Below are positions 16,998 to 26,116 of a stretch of DNA of 64,000 nt, piece after piece (the first letter of the stretch is position 1; every line of letters starts with the position of its first letter). Position numbers and translations under genes: made by a program. The notes beneath the pieces were generated by a model that was not told the origin of the DNA, made no database searches, and saw only the letters and a list, made by a program, of their open reading frames with translations. Source of the DNA: a virus; IMG/VR virus record IMGVR_UViG_3300042549_004948, positions 64,001-128,000 of that record; one strand, 5' to 3'.

Positions 16998-17591
16998 CTA
17001 TAATCCTTCTTGTTCAAATACTTTTTCTATTCTTTTTGGCATTGTAGAGTAATCTTTCATGAAATACCTAGGCATCTTTTCTATGATCTTTATATTACTA
17101 TATGGACTATTTTTTGGAGTGCACCATTTTCTAGTGGCTAATAATCTACTATAAAAAAAGACATAGGCATTGGCTTTCTTTATATAGTTGTCTATATCTA
17201 TGTTCAGATCAAACTTCTTTATAATCTTAACCGCTCTCTTCTCATTGTCTAATTCTAGGCTTCTGCATACATCTAAATGTTTTTTAATATTAGGAACTTC
17301 TTCTCCACCCAACCAAGCATCTACCAAAGGCATAGATACACCTACAGATTGCCATAGATCTGTATTCTCTTTCCACTGGGTAAAGTGTCCAAATTCATGT
17401 GCTAATATCTCTAGTGAGTCAGGTCTGTTCATAGAACATACTAAAGTCGGTATTTCCTCATCAAAATATCCGGAACACTTTATATTTCCTGAAAGCTTAA
17501 CATACTTTGTATTTCGTAGATCACATTTAACTCCGTATTCTTTACATTCAGACTTAACATATTTTATGAAGTCTTTAGATTTTTTATTCAT
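16998..17591 (-). CDS. zincin-like metallopeptidase (ImmA/IrrE-like)
   Basis: ILAHEFGHFTQ ... LELDNE. Confidence 0.7.
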   Translation of the reverse strand: MNKKSKDFIKYVKSECKEYGVKCDLRNTKYVKLSGNIKCSGYFDEEIPTLVCSMNRPDSLEILAHEFGHFTQWKENTDLWQSVGVSMPLVDAWLGGEEVPNIKKHLDVCRSLELDNEKRAVKIIKKFDLNIDIDNYIKKANAYVFFYSRLLATRKWCTPKNSPYSNIKIIEKMPRYFMKDYSTMPKRIEKVFEQEGL

Positions 17592-17619
17592 AGTATACGG
17601 TTTATTGGTTAATGTATCT

Positions 17620-17943
17620 CTATGATAAATATGAAGACTTGATATCCTCTACATGTTTACAAGATCTTTTGTTGCCAGAGAATTTAAAAGAGTGGCAATT
17701 GCAAGACCAATTACCGTTATACAATTCTACTTCATACTTTCTTCCGCCTGACCCATCTATATCCCAAGTCACGTCAATTTTAAACACTTCGTTCTTTCCA
17801 CCAGGATACGGCCTTCTGAACCACTTGAGATCGTTTCTAGTAGTTCCACTTGGAAGATCTGTCCGGCCTCTATCGTCGATCACATACGGGCCCGACTTAT
17901 CTATCCAGAAAAAAGGTGCCTTGAAGCTGTGTATAATTACCAT
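17620..17943 (-). CDS. SWIM zinc-finger protein
   Basis: YEV....WSCNCHSF......SCKHV. Confidence 0.85.
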   Translation of the reverse strand: MVIIHSFKAPFFWIDKSGPYVIDDRGRTDLPSGTTRNDLKWFRRPYPGGKNEVFKIDVTWDIDGSGGRKYEVELYNGNWSCNCHSFKFSGNKRSCKHVEDIKSSYLS

Positions 17944-18164
17944 AGGTCTGCTAATATAAGGTTTTTTATTCTGTCTACAAAATTTACCTTCTTAGTAGGT
18001 CGAAAGACTTTTTGAAAGTCATATTGTAAATTCATAAAGTATGCCCTATTGTCATTACTATATTTTTCTATTCTACTACCTACTTTGTAGATCTCGAACC
18101 ACTCGTTAGTTTCGATTAGTTTTTCTGGTATATATGTACTTTTGATTTTAAGCTTTTTACTCAT
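17937..18164 (-). CDS. hypothetical protein
   Basis: 75-aa ORF. Confidence 0.6.
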   Translation of the reverse strand: MSKKLKIKSTYIPEKLIETNEWFEIYKVGSRIEKYSNDNRAYFMNLQYDFQKVFRPTKKVNFVDRIKNLILADLW

Positions 18165-18166
18165 AA

Positions 18167-18424
18167 TTAATTTATTTTCATGAATTCATTTAGATAGTGA
18201 ACTGTTGAAGAATTGTTTAAATGCCATTCTCTGAAGTACGAATCTCCTTCTTGATCATATAATATTTCTGAAGTATGTACTTCTGTATTAGATCCACCCT
18301 CGCTGTAAATAGTATAAGTCTTATAAGATACCTCGTCTCCAGAATTATTGATCATGATTTCCATACCGTGAGAATTACTAAGAGTCTTGTAAGCTTGTGG
18401 CTCGAACCATTGAATTGTTGTCAT
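18167..18424 (-). CDS. hypothetical protein
   Basis: 85-aa ORF. Confidence 0.7.
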   Translation of the reverse strand: MTTIQWFEPQAYKTLSNSHGMEIMINNSGDEVSYKTYTIYSEGGSNTEVHTSEILYDQEGDSYFREWHLNNSSTVHYLNEFMKIN

Positions 18425-18555
18425 AACTTTTATTTTTTATGTTGCAATAGCGGCTACTGCAAAAATTATTACTAATAAGATTAATAATACTACAGAATCT
18501 GAATCTTCTGACTCTGTTTGATCTTTTTTCCATTCTTTAAACGTCTTCATAACTT

Positions 18556-18921
18556 TTATTTTTTGTAACCAAATAATTTAGCATCGCTGTGTTCTGTTAG
18601 TATGTAGTCCACTTTAATGATCTTCTCTAAAGACTTTTCTGTTATTGTTCCTGTTAAACGATCTTCGATCATAACAGAGCCGACTCCATCATATATGTCT
18701 AAGTCTACGTCATTGTAATAAGCTTCCGCTTCTTCATAGGTATCAAAAACTAGAGTCTCTGAGCTACTATCGTTATCGAACCCATCTAACAATTGTGACT
18801 CTCGATCTCCGAACTCATCCACTTCATTGTAATAAGGACTAGAGGTTACAAAAAACATGTTTGGCGTTTTACCGTCGCCTACGATCTCTGTTGCTAATGC
18901 TTTTGCTTCTTGATTTGTCAT
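18556..18921 (-). CDS. acidic hypothetical protein
   Basis: 121-aa ORF. Confidence 0.7.
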   Translation of the reverse strand: MTNQEAKALATEIVGDGKTPNMFFVTSSPYYNEVDEFGDRESQLLDGFDNDSSSETLVFDTYEEAEAYYNDVDLDIYDGVGSVMIEDRLTGTITEKSLEKIIKVDYILTEHSDAKLFGYKK

Positions 18922-18947
18922 AACTTTTATTTTATATGAGGGGGTTT

Positions 18948-19286
18948 TTACAGATTTTGTGAAAGTAGATTATATGAGTGGGCCATATCTTCGTAGTTTG
19001 ACATATCGCTATCGCTTTCCATAGCGCCTTTATACCACTTACTCATGTACTCGTCCCATGTCATGCGACCCTCGTCGTAAGCGATCTCGTCCTGTGTCAT
19101 GTTGTACGGACGAGCAAAGATGAAATTCTCTTTATCGATAGCGAAGTTGACTTGACAGTCGGGGTACATTTCGCTGAAGGCTTTGTGGTTGGCCTCTGCG
19201 ATGGCATAATCGCCATTGACTTCGATTGTGCTGTCAATGATTGTCTCGTGGGTAAGGTAGTCGAAAACGAAGATCTTGATATTCAT
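18948..19286 (-). CDS. acidic hypothetical early protein
   Basis: 112 aa, raised GC, directly downstream of promoter module D. Confidence 0.7.
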   Translation of the reverse strand: MNIKIFVFDYLTHETIIDSTIEVNGDYAIAEANHKAFSEMYPDCQVNFAIDKENFIFARPYNMTQDEIAYDEGRMTWDEYMSKWYKGAMESDSDMSNYEDMAHSYNLLSQNL

Positions 19287-19296
19287 ACTGTTGTTT

Positions 19297-19440
19297 GATT
19301 GATATATGTAAATCTACAACAATCCAGTGACATAAAAAAATATTTTTTAGTGTTTTATGAAAATTGTTGATTGAAAATCAATCAGTTATGCAATCTATTG
19401 AAAATCAATTAGTTATAAATGGTTGAAAATCAATCACTTA
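19297..19440 (-). repeat. repeated promoter module copy D
   Basis: Dyad units at 19364-19388, 19391-19415, 19416-19440 plus shared promoter core. Confidence 0.9.
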
Positions 19441-20196
19441 TTTACGGATGTCAATAAATTCATCTCCGTCATCAGGTTCTTTATCATCTAAAGGATTGTG
19501 ATTTTTAAATAAAACATCTCCAGATCCTTCGAGACCTAAGTTTTTTAGATGATTATAATAAAAATCATCAAGTTGATAGAATTCTTGTACATCCTCTTTT
19601 ATTTCTGGAGTTTCTATAGGATTAGATTCTACTCTCTGTATCATCCTGTTAGCAAAAGGATCTTCTACAAATAAAAAATAGCAATTATAGCAAAGCCATT
19701 GTAAGTTCTCTATTCTCCAATCGCTTTTCTTTGAGTTCTTAAAATTAAGAAGTAGTGGAACTTTTAAATCGGTTAATCTTTTCTCAGCAAATTTACAAGC
19801 AGAGCACTGATATCCAAGTCTTCCATCTTTCATTAAAGCTTCTTTAAGCCTTACTATTTTTTTAGAATTGATAGGTTGATTCTCGACTAGCATTTCATCT
19901 AAATCTTTTTTCCAAATACCGCCTGCCCAGTTTTTAGGCATTCCTTTTCCAGACTGATTTTTGTGAAGTTCGAATAGACTTTTTCCTGACGCTTCGTCAA
20001 AAGTATTTTTAGAATACTTTTTGTATGTGATATCTGTAATACCTAACCATCTCGCAGCTTCTTTATTACTACGAGTATTAGCCATTGCCTCTCTTAATTG
20101 AGCTTCTGTTAATTGTAGTCCTCTATGCCACCAACTTTCAGGCCTTTTATCTTTGGCCATGTTATCTTTTGTAAAAAACGGAATCTTCTTAGTCAT
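19438..20196 (-). CDS. HTH + degenerate HNH-like zinc-binding protein
   Basis: EAARWLGIT HTH; CxxC...VPLLLNF.N....DWRIENLQWLCYNC. Confidence 0.75.
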   Translation of the reverse strand: MTKKIPFFTKDNMAKDKRPESWWHRGLQLTEAQLREAMANTRSNKEAARWLGITDITYKKYSKNTFDEASGKSLFELHKNQSGKGMPKNWAGGIWKKDLDEMLVENQPINSKKIVRLKEALMKDGRLGYQCSACKFAEKRLTDLKVPLLLNFKNSKKSDWRIENLQWLCYNCYFLFVEDPFANRMIQRVESNPIETPEIKEDVQEFYQLDDFYYNHLKNLGLEGSGDVLFKNHNPLDDKEPDDGDEFIDIRK

Positions 20197-20596
20197 TTAA
20201 CTTAGGATTTATTTGGCACAATAAATTCCACAAATCGTATGGACTATTTAAGAAGATCTCTTTATCATCATCAGTCATGATAGCATTTAATGTACCATCA
20301 GAATTCATTCTTTCATATAGATAAAATGAAATAACTTCCATACACTGTTTACCAAAATGCATATATAGTAGAGCGTCTATTACTGTAAAGAACTTTTCAT
20401 CATAATTAGCAAAGTCTAAATTCAAATCTGCGTACAATATATTTTGTCTAACAGTAAGTTCGTCTACATTGTTAATCAAACTAAAAAATAGCTCTCTCTT
20501 CTTATCTGAATTGGATTTCTTTTTTCTTCTTATTAGAGTTTTAGTTCCTAACATAGAGTCTACTCCCAACTGTATCTGCTTGAAATCTTTATCCAT
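20189..20596 (-). CDS. hypothetical protein
   Basis: 135-aa ORF. Confidence 0.75.
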   Translation of the reverse strand: MDKDFKQIQLGVDSMLGTKTLIRRKKKSNSDKKRELFFSLINNVDELTVRQNILYADLNLDFANYDEKFFTVIDALLYMHFGKQCMEVISFYLYERMNSDGTLNAIMTDDDKEIFLNSPYDLWNLLCQINPKLND

Positions 20597-20936
20597 TTGT
20601 TTTCTTTTTGTTTAATGATAATTTAGATTTTAATTTATCATGAATGGAATGGATTAGATTCTTTATGTGATTACACATTTCATAGTCTTCGTCATCTACA
20701 TACCAAACAAGGCAAGTCTCTAGTGCTTGTATCCAATTATTTTTATGGATCTCAATGTAATTGTTTGAATCATTGATCTCAAACAAAGCTGCATAAATCT
20801 TGCTTTGAACTAAAGCATCTTCAATAGCAGTCGGAAGATGTTTTTTTAAAAGATCTTTTAGTATCTCTGATTTTGATACCTCACTAGCTGTAAGTAATTC
20901 TGGACTATTGAATATTGCCCTTGCCGTCTTTCTCAT
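20589..20936 (-). CDS. hypothetical protein (UvrB/C-like coiled-coil tail)
   Basis: VDDEDYEMC..IKN motif. Confidence 0.7.
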   Translation of the reverse strand: MRKTARAIFNSPELLTASEVSKSEILKDLLKKHLPTAIEDALVQSKIYAALFEINDSNNYIEIHKNNWIQALETCLVWYVDDEDYEMCNHIKNLIHSIHDKLKSKLSLNKKKTNG

Positions 20937-20957
20937 AACCCTCTATTTTAAATTTTA

Positions 20958-21272
20958 TTATGCGCTTCCCTTAAGGATCTTCACGAGCATATTTGATATT
21001 GATGCAAGTGGAACAATAAATCCTATAACATTTTTGTATGGATTTCTATCGTCGTAGTCAACCATGATACCAGCATCTCCGAATCTTTTTTGTAGTGCTA
21101 CACTTATTTTAGTAGCTAATGCTTGTTTGTCTCTAGGATCTTCGAACTCTTGATCAAGAATGAACTGCATTTTAACTCCCTTCTTTGTAGGGTTTTCGTT
21201 TACATCGAATTGAAGTTGATACTTCTTTCCTTCTATTGTAATAGTATATAGTGGATTAATAGCTTGAGCCAT
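20958..21272 (-). CDS. hypothetical protein
   Basis: 104 aa, ATATTTAT upstream. Confidence 0.75.
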   Translation of the reverse strand: MAQAINPLYTITIEGKKYQLQFDVNENPTKKGVKMQFILDQEFEDPRDKQALATKISVALQKRFGDAGIMVDYDDRNPYKNVIGFIVPLASISNMLVKILKGSA

Positions 21273-21303
21273 GGTTTTTAATATAAATATTAGTAAAAGT
21301 ATG

Positions 21304-22590
21304 TTACTCTATAGTGAGTAGATTCATATCGAATGGTGGGTTTTGAACTACAACTTGATCCTGAGCTAGGCTGACTACATTCAGGACATTAATTCTTGCT
21401 GCACCTAGTTCATATATTCCTGGTTCAGAAGGCTCTATAATGTCGCCCAAGCGCGTCAGGTTAGATAGGAATAAATCTTTACCTGGATCTACTATAGAAC
21501 TAAAGTTCAGATCTATTTTTATATTATAATTCTGCGGTTCTCCTATTTGATAGACTTGATTATAGTCTGTTATACTAAAGAATTTTTTAGACACTTCCCA
21601 GTCTTCCTTAGAGAATTTTAGAAGCTCATTGGCAACATCATGCTCTGTAGAATATAGATCTACAACAAGCTTTTTATCTTCTTTTGTTTGAAGCCAGACT
21701 CTGGAAAAGAACGGTTCTATTTGCACTAGAAACATTGGACTAATCTTCATGTCGCTCTTTATAACAAGATCAATATCTAACTTGTTGAGCTTAACTTGTC
21801 CATGATTAAAGTTGCCCCACTTCTTAATGAACCTTCTGAGTTCAATACCATCTGCTATCTTCTGAAGTTCCACTCTCTTTTTAGCTTCCTGACTATTAGG
21901 ATCAAACCAATTCTTTCCTCTAGAACTTACACAAGTAAAATGGTAAACATTTGCTTCCCATGTTTGTAATAACTTAATGCCAGCATGTATGCATCTTTGA
22001 ACTAAATCAGAGTCTTCTCTAGATCTTCTGAACCTAGTGTCATAGCCTCCAATACTTTGCCATACTTTTTTATAAAATGTTATTGGAGCAAAGAAGTATT
22101 CTGCAGATCTATTTGATTTTATAGACTCTGAATACTTGTTCCATCTTTCCATATCAAATACAGTTGGATCTGTTCCAAAGTCTTGTGTTATAGTGTAATC
22201 TGAATATCCATGTAGTGGTGGTTCTACTCTAGTTGCTGATAAGATGCAATTCTCTTCTAAATAAGATAATACGTTAGTATCATAATGAGGTCCAATTACC
22301 ATGTCTGATTGTAGATAGCTTACGATATCGTGTTTAGCTAATTCAACTAGTAGATTATTATTTCTAGCATAACCTACACAAGGATTAAGTTTATGAGTTA
22401 TTATTTTAAGATCAAAGAAGTCTTTCTTAAGATTCTTTAAATACCCATAAACATCTTCATTGTCTGAATCTATAAAGACAAGTATCTCATGCTCCTTTTC
22501 ATCTAGGTTATCACGAAGAGACTTCATTAAGAGTTCTATATGATCTCTAGTATTTACAGATGTATTAATTATAAAGCTTATATTTTTCAT
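21304..22590 (-). CDS. glycosyltransferase family 2
   Basis: ISFII..., GYARNNN, QSD, IGGYD.RF....EDSD. Confidence 0.88.
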   Translation of the reverse strand: MKNISFIINTSVNTRDHIELLMKSLRDNLDEKEHEILVFIDSDNEDVYGYLKNLKKDFFDLKIITHKLNPCVGYARNNNLLVELAKHDIVSYLQSDMVIGPHYDTNVLSYLEENCILSATRVEPPLHGYSDYTITQDFGTDPTVFDMERWNKYSESIKSNRSAEYFFAPITFYKKVWQSIGGYDTRFRRSREDSDLVQRCIHAGIKLLQTWEANVYHFTCVSSRGKNWFDPNSQEAKKRVELQKIADGIELRRFIKKWGNFNHGQVKLNKLDIDLVIKSDMKISPMFLVQIEPFFSRVWLQTKEDKKLVVDLYSTEHDVANELLKFSKEDWEVSKKFFSITDYNQVYQIGEPQNYNIKIDLNFSSIVDPGKDLFLSNLTRLGDIIEPSEPGIYELGAARINVLNVVSLAQDQVVVQNPPFDMNLLTIE

Positions 22591-23359
22591 ATTCTAATTT
22601 TAATGCTTGTTCAAATCCTATTAATTTTAATTCCAAGTTTTCTAAGATTGTTGAATCACCGAAATATTCTTTTGTTGGCATAAATATATGAGGAGGAGCC
22701 ACTACTTCAACTTCATAATCTCCTAAACTGTTAATTGTATTAGCTATTCCTCTAAGAGTTTTTTTATATTCACCGTAACAACAATCTATTTCTTTGGGTG
22801 GATTAGGATTATTAATGTAGTACTTAACCAAAGTCCATAGGTCTTCCATATAGAAGAAGTCCATGATTTTGTTTTCATTAATTTGTATTGGTTGCTTATT
22901 AATATAATTTTGAAGACTTGCTCTTATGAATCTAGTTTCTAGTTCTCCGTCTCCAAACAAACCATATATCCTAATGTTATAAAAGTTGTCTTTATCAGAC
23001 ATGGATTTTGTTATGGCTTTTTTACTAAGTCCATAAGGTTCATTTGACATATAAATTTCAGCACCAGATCCGAAGGTTATAAATCTACCATACTTATCTC
23101 TATGATCAAGTAGATTAAGATACATTTTAATATTAGTATCCATAGCACCCCAGCCATCTTTTGCAAGTCTGCTGCCTCCCTTTACTGCACAATGAATTAT
23201 TAAATCAAAATTATTATTGTGTTTAAAAAAGTAATCTACTTGCTCCTTGTTACTAAAATCAACGGCAGAACTTTTAGGAGTAAACACATCATGATCTTTA
23301 AGTTTCTTTGTTAAGAACTTTCCGATCACTCCATTAGATCCTGTAATTAATATCTTCAT
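22565..23359 (-). CDS. NAD-dependent epimerase/dehydratase/reductase (extended SDR)
   Basis: ITGSNGVIG, YGLSK. Confidence 0.9.
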   Translation of the reverse strand: MKILITGSNGVIGKFLTKKLKDHDVFTPKSSAVDFSNKEQVDYFFKHNNNFDLIIHCAVKGGSRLAKDGWGAMDTNIKMYLNLLDHRDKYGRFITFGSGAEIYMSNEPYGLSKKAITKSMSDKDNFYNIRIYGLFGDGELETRFIRASLQNYINKQPIQINENKIMDFFYMEDLWTLVKYYINNPNPPKEIDCCYGEYKKTLRGIANTINSLGDYEVEVVAPPHIFMPTKEYFGDSTILENLELKLIGFEQALKLEYEKYKLYN

Positions 23360-23832
23360 CTCTTTAAATTAATGTAAGCTGCAGATTGTTTTGTTAAACT
23401 ATAGTTGATTGCATTCACTAATTCATCTTGATCAACAGGCTTAAACGTCTTGATATTATCAAAGTTTGACATGATTTTAACATCATCTTCTGACCAGTGG
23501 GAAAATCCTAAATATCCGTAGTCGCGATCTCTTCCTCCACCAATAACATTAACACAGATATTCTCATGATCTAAATAGTTACGAATCATTTCAAATGGTC
23601 TATATATAGCAAACGGAGTTATAGAATATACAAAAGGTATCTTATCTTCCATAGCAAGACCTATTCCCATTCCTAACATCGCCATCTCAGAAGATCCCAC
23701 GTTATAGAATCTATCTGGATATGTATCTCTAACTTGATCCCATAGACCATAACCAAGGTCTCCTGTTATAAGGTAGATGTCTTTATTATTTGCCATTTCA
23801 TTGAATAGCAATTGTGCAAAGTCTCTTCTCAT
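23356..23832 (-). CDS. transketolase pyrimidine-binding subunit (short)
   Basis: TGDLG, NVG.SE..M.G...GLA, RPFEMIR, GFSH. Confidence 0.88.
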   Translation of the reverse strand: MRRDFAQLLFNEMANNKDIYLITGDLGYGLWDQVRDTYPDRFYNVGSSEMAMLGMGIGLAMEDKIPFVYSITPFAIYRPFEMIRNYLDHENICVNVIGGGRDRDYGYLGFSHWSEDDVKIMSNFDNIKTFKPVDQDELVNAINYSLTKQSAAYINLKR

Positions 23833-24452
23833 TTAAGTATATTTAAAGCTTCATTATAGTTTTCTTCTGTCATTACATGGTAGTGAGCATTTAATCCTTT
23901 CAAGAATGGAAAATGTTCAACGGTTGTATGTACAATGTTTATAGTAGGAAGGAATGCTTTTAATCTTTGTTCTAGGTATATCGAATCAACTTCCATATAA
24001 GCAGCGTATCCATTTACATTAACATGCACTTCTATATTTGTTATATTCTGCTCTACTATAGTTTTCAAAGATTCCCATATACTTCCTTCAGCAGATTCAC
24101 CATCACTTATTAATACCCATACTTTTCTATTTGGTTTCGCTACTGCTCTTCCTAATGCAATACATATGCCCAAACCTAAACTACCAGTAGAACAATAGAT
24201 ATGATTCTCTTCATCACGGTGAGGATGGCCACCATGTTTAGCAAATAACATTTCAGCATCGACTCCTTTGTATTTTTCCAATACAACATATAGTGCTAAT
24301 GCAGCATGTCCTGATGATAGGATAAAAATATCGTCTTTATCCATCTTAGAATATATGTTATCAATAATCTGTAAACTGGAGAAGTAACTCCCTAAATGCC
24401 CTAACTTATTCTTGTAAGCTATTTCAACTAATCTTTTTTTAAGCTCTTTCAT
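23829..24452 (-). CDS. transketolase N-terminal ThDP-binding subunit
   Basis: GHLGS, LSSGH, GHP, TGSLG.G, SDGE..EG..WE...VN.N. Confidence 0.9.
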   Translation of the reverse strand: MKELKKRLVEIAYKNKLGHLGSYFSSLQIIDNIYSKMDKDDIFILSSGHAALALYVVLEKYKGVDAEMLFAKHGGHPHRDEENHIYCSTGSLGLGICIALGRAVAKPNRKVWVLISDGESAEGSIWESLKTIVEQNITNIEVHVNVNGYAAYMEVDSIYLEQRLKAFLPTINIVHTTVEHFPFLKGLNAHYHVMTEENYNEALNILK

Positions 24453-25153
24453 TATCTATGTTTAAATATCATATAGTGATTCCAATCTGTTAAGTTCTCA
24501 TCTGGTAGTAAACTCTCACTACTAATTCTTGGATAAGCAGGGGTCTTTAATTGTGATCCATAAAATCCTTCTAATTGAAATGCGTGTGTGTATAGGAAAT
24601 ATACGAAATTATCAAAGTCAAACAAACCTCTGTAGACATATTGATGAGCCATTCTCCAATTAGGATTACTAATAAAGAATACTGAATCTGGATTTGTTAA
24701 TCTGTGTATGGTGCTAACAATGATGTGAGGATTGAATACGTGCTCAATAAAGTCATTTGCTATTACTAAATCGTACTTAGGTAATAGTTCGTGCGTGTCA
24801 AAGCTACTAGAAAGATCCTTAACGAAAAAAGTTCCTTTAAACTTATTCTCATCAAAGTACTTCTTGGCAAATGGCTTATCTACTAAATGATAGTTTATGT
24901 TTGGATGTGTCTCTAATATCTTCTGAGACAATATTCCTGGACCACTACCGATCTCTAATATGTTTTTAATGTGCGGATTTTCTTGAATCACTGCACTAAC
25001 TAATTTAGCTTCATACTCATACCTTTCTTGCCAAGCAGATTCTTGAAGTCTACCTGCATCTTCCCATTCATTAGTATGCGCTGTATCAAAATGTTCTGTT
25101 GAGAATGTTTCCTCAAAGTTTGTATGTGTGACTCTAAATAATCCCATTACCAA
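24452..25153 (-). CDS. class I SAM-dependent methyltransferase
   Basis: ILEIGSGPG, D.IEHV.NP, SNPN. Confidence 0.88.
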   Translation of the reverse strand: MVMGLFRVTHTNFEETFSTEHFDTAHTNEWEDAGRLQESAWQERYEYEAKLVSAVIQENPHIKNILEIGSGPGILSQKILETHPNINYHLVDKPFAKKYFDENKFKGTFFVKDLSSSFDTHELLPKYDLVIANDFIEHVFNPHIIVSTIHRLTNPDSVFFISNPNWRMAHQYVYRGLFDFDNFVYFLYTHAFQLEGFYGSQLKTPAYPRISSESLLPDENLTDWNHYMIFKHR

Positions 25154-26115
25154 ATAAATTTATGCTTGTAATAATTTACTATGCCTTTTAATTCTTTATC
25201 AAATTCTGCTTGTGGTTCCCAACCTAAAGTTTTTAATTTAGAATCATCTAAAGCATATCTAACATCCTGACCTGCTCTATGATATGATAAATCTAAATAA
25301 TTTTCTAGACTTAAATGACTTTGTTCTTTAGAGTTGTAAGCTTCTATTAACTTTTTTATTGTATCATAATTAGATTGCTCAAAGCCTCCTGCTATATTGT
25401 ATATTTCATTCTCTACTTCAGATTCAATTATTTTTATAATCGCACTTGCAGTATCTGATGCATGTAACCAGTTTCTGATTGGAGTACCATTATTATGTAG
25501 AGGTATATTTTTTCCTAAATTTAAAAACTTACATGCTTTGGGAATTAATTTTTCTACATATTGTCCTATTCCATAATTGTTAGTAGGTCTTACTATAATA
25601 TATGGGAGGTTATATGTTCTAGCCCAAGCTAATATAAGCATGTCTGCAGCAGCTTTAGTTGCAGAATACGGATTAGAAGGTTTTAATAAATCTTTTTCTG
25701 TATGGGCGCCATCTTCTATATCTCCATAGACTTCATCTGTACTAAAGTGTAGAAAGATTGGTTTCTTTGAAGACTCTTGTCTGTAGTTCTTAATTAATTC
25801 TAATAAGTTGTGTACTCCGTTTATGTTTGAATGTACGAACTCGTTACTATTAGCAATAGAATTTCCTACATGAGTTTCTGCGGCTGTGTTAATTACATAG
25901 TCACATTCATACAAAAATTTTAAATCATTAATATCCTCTCTTTCAAAATAGAACTGATCCGGATAATTTTCTGTGAATTCAAAAAGGAGTTCTTGATTCG
26001 AAGCATATGTACACTTATCTATACCTCTCACATACCAGCCTTTTTCTAAACATGCTCTAGTTACATGAGAGCCAATAAAGCCTAAGCATCCTGTTACGTA
26101 AACTACTTTAGTCAT
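25147..26115 (-). CDS. rfbB: dTDP-glucose 4,6-dehydratase-like
   Basis: TGCLGFIG, AAETHV, STDEVYG, PSNPYSATK, NNYG..QY.EKLIP, R.G.D.RY. Confidence 0.85.
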   Translation of the reverse strand: MTKVVYVTGCLGFIGSHVTRACLEKGWYVRGIDKCTYASNQELLFEFTENYPDQFYFEREDINDLKFLYECDYVINTAAETHVGNSIANSNEFVHSNINGVHNLLELIKNYRQESSKKPIFLHFSTDEVYGDIEDGAHTEKDLLKPSNPYSATKAAADMLILAWARTYNLPYIIVRPTNNYGIGQYVEKLIPKACKFLNLGKNIPLHNNGTPIRNWLHASDTASAIIKIIESEVENEIYNIAGGFEQSNYDTIKKLIEAYNSKEQSHLSLENYLDLSYHRAGQDVRYALDDSKLKTLGWEPQAEFDKELKGIVNYYKHKFIW

Positions 26116-26116
26116 A

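Noticed and set aside
4967-19440. 25-bp unit arrays and the 15-bp repeat as CRISPR arrays
   Set aside because: Units are contiguous or only two copies, degenerate, lack regular unique spacers, and no cas operon is present
23356-24452. Frameshifted/pseudogenised pentose-phosphate transketolase
   Set aside because: ATGA overlap coupling and intact motifs indicate a natural two-subunit enzyme typical of polysaccharide loci
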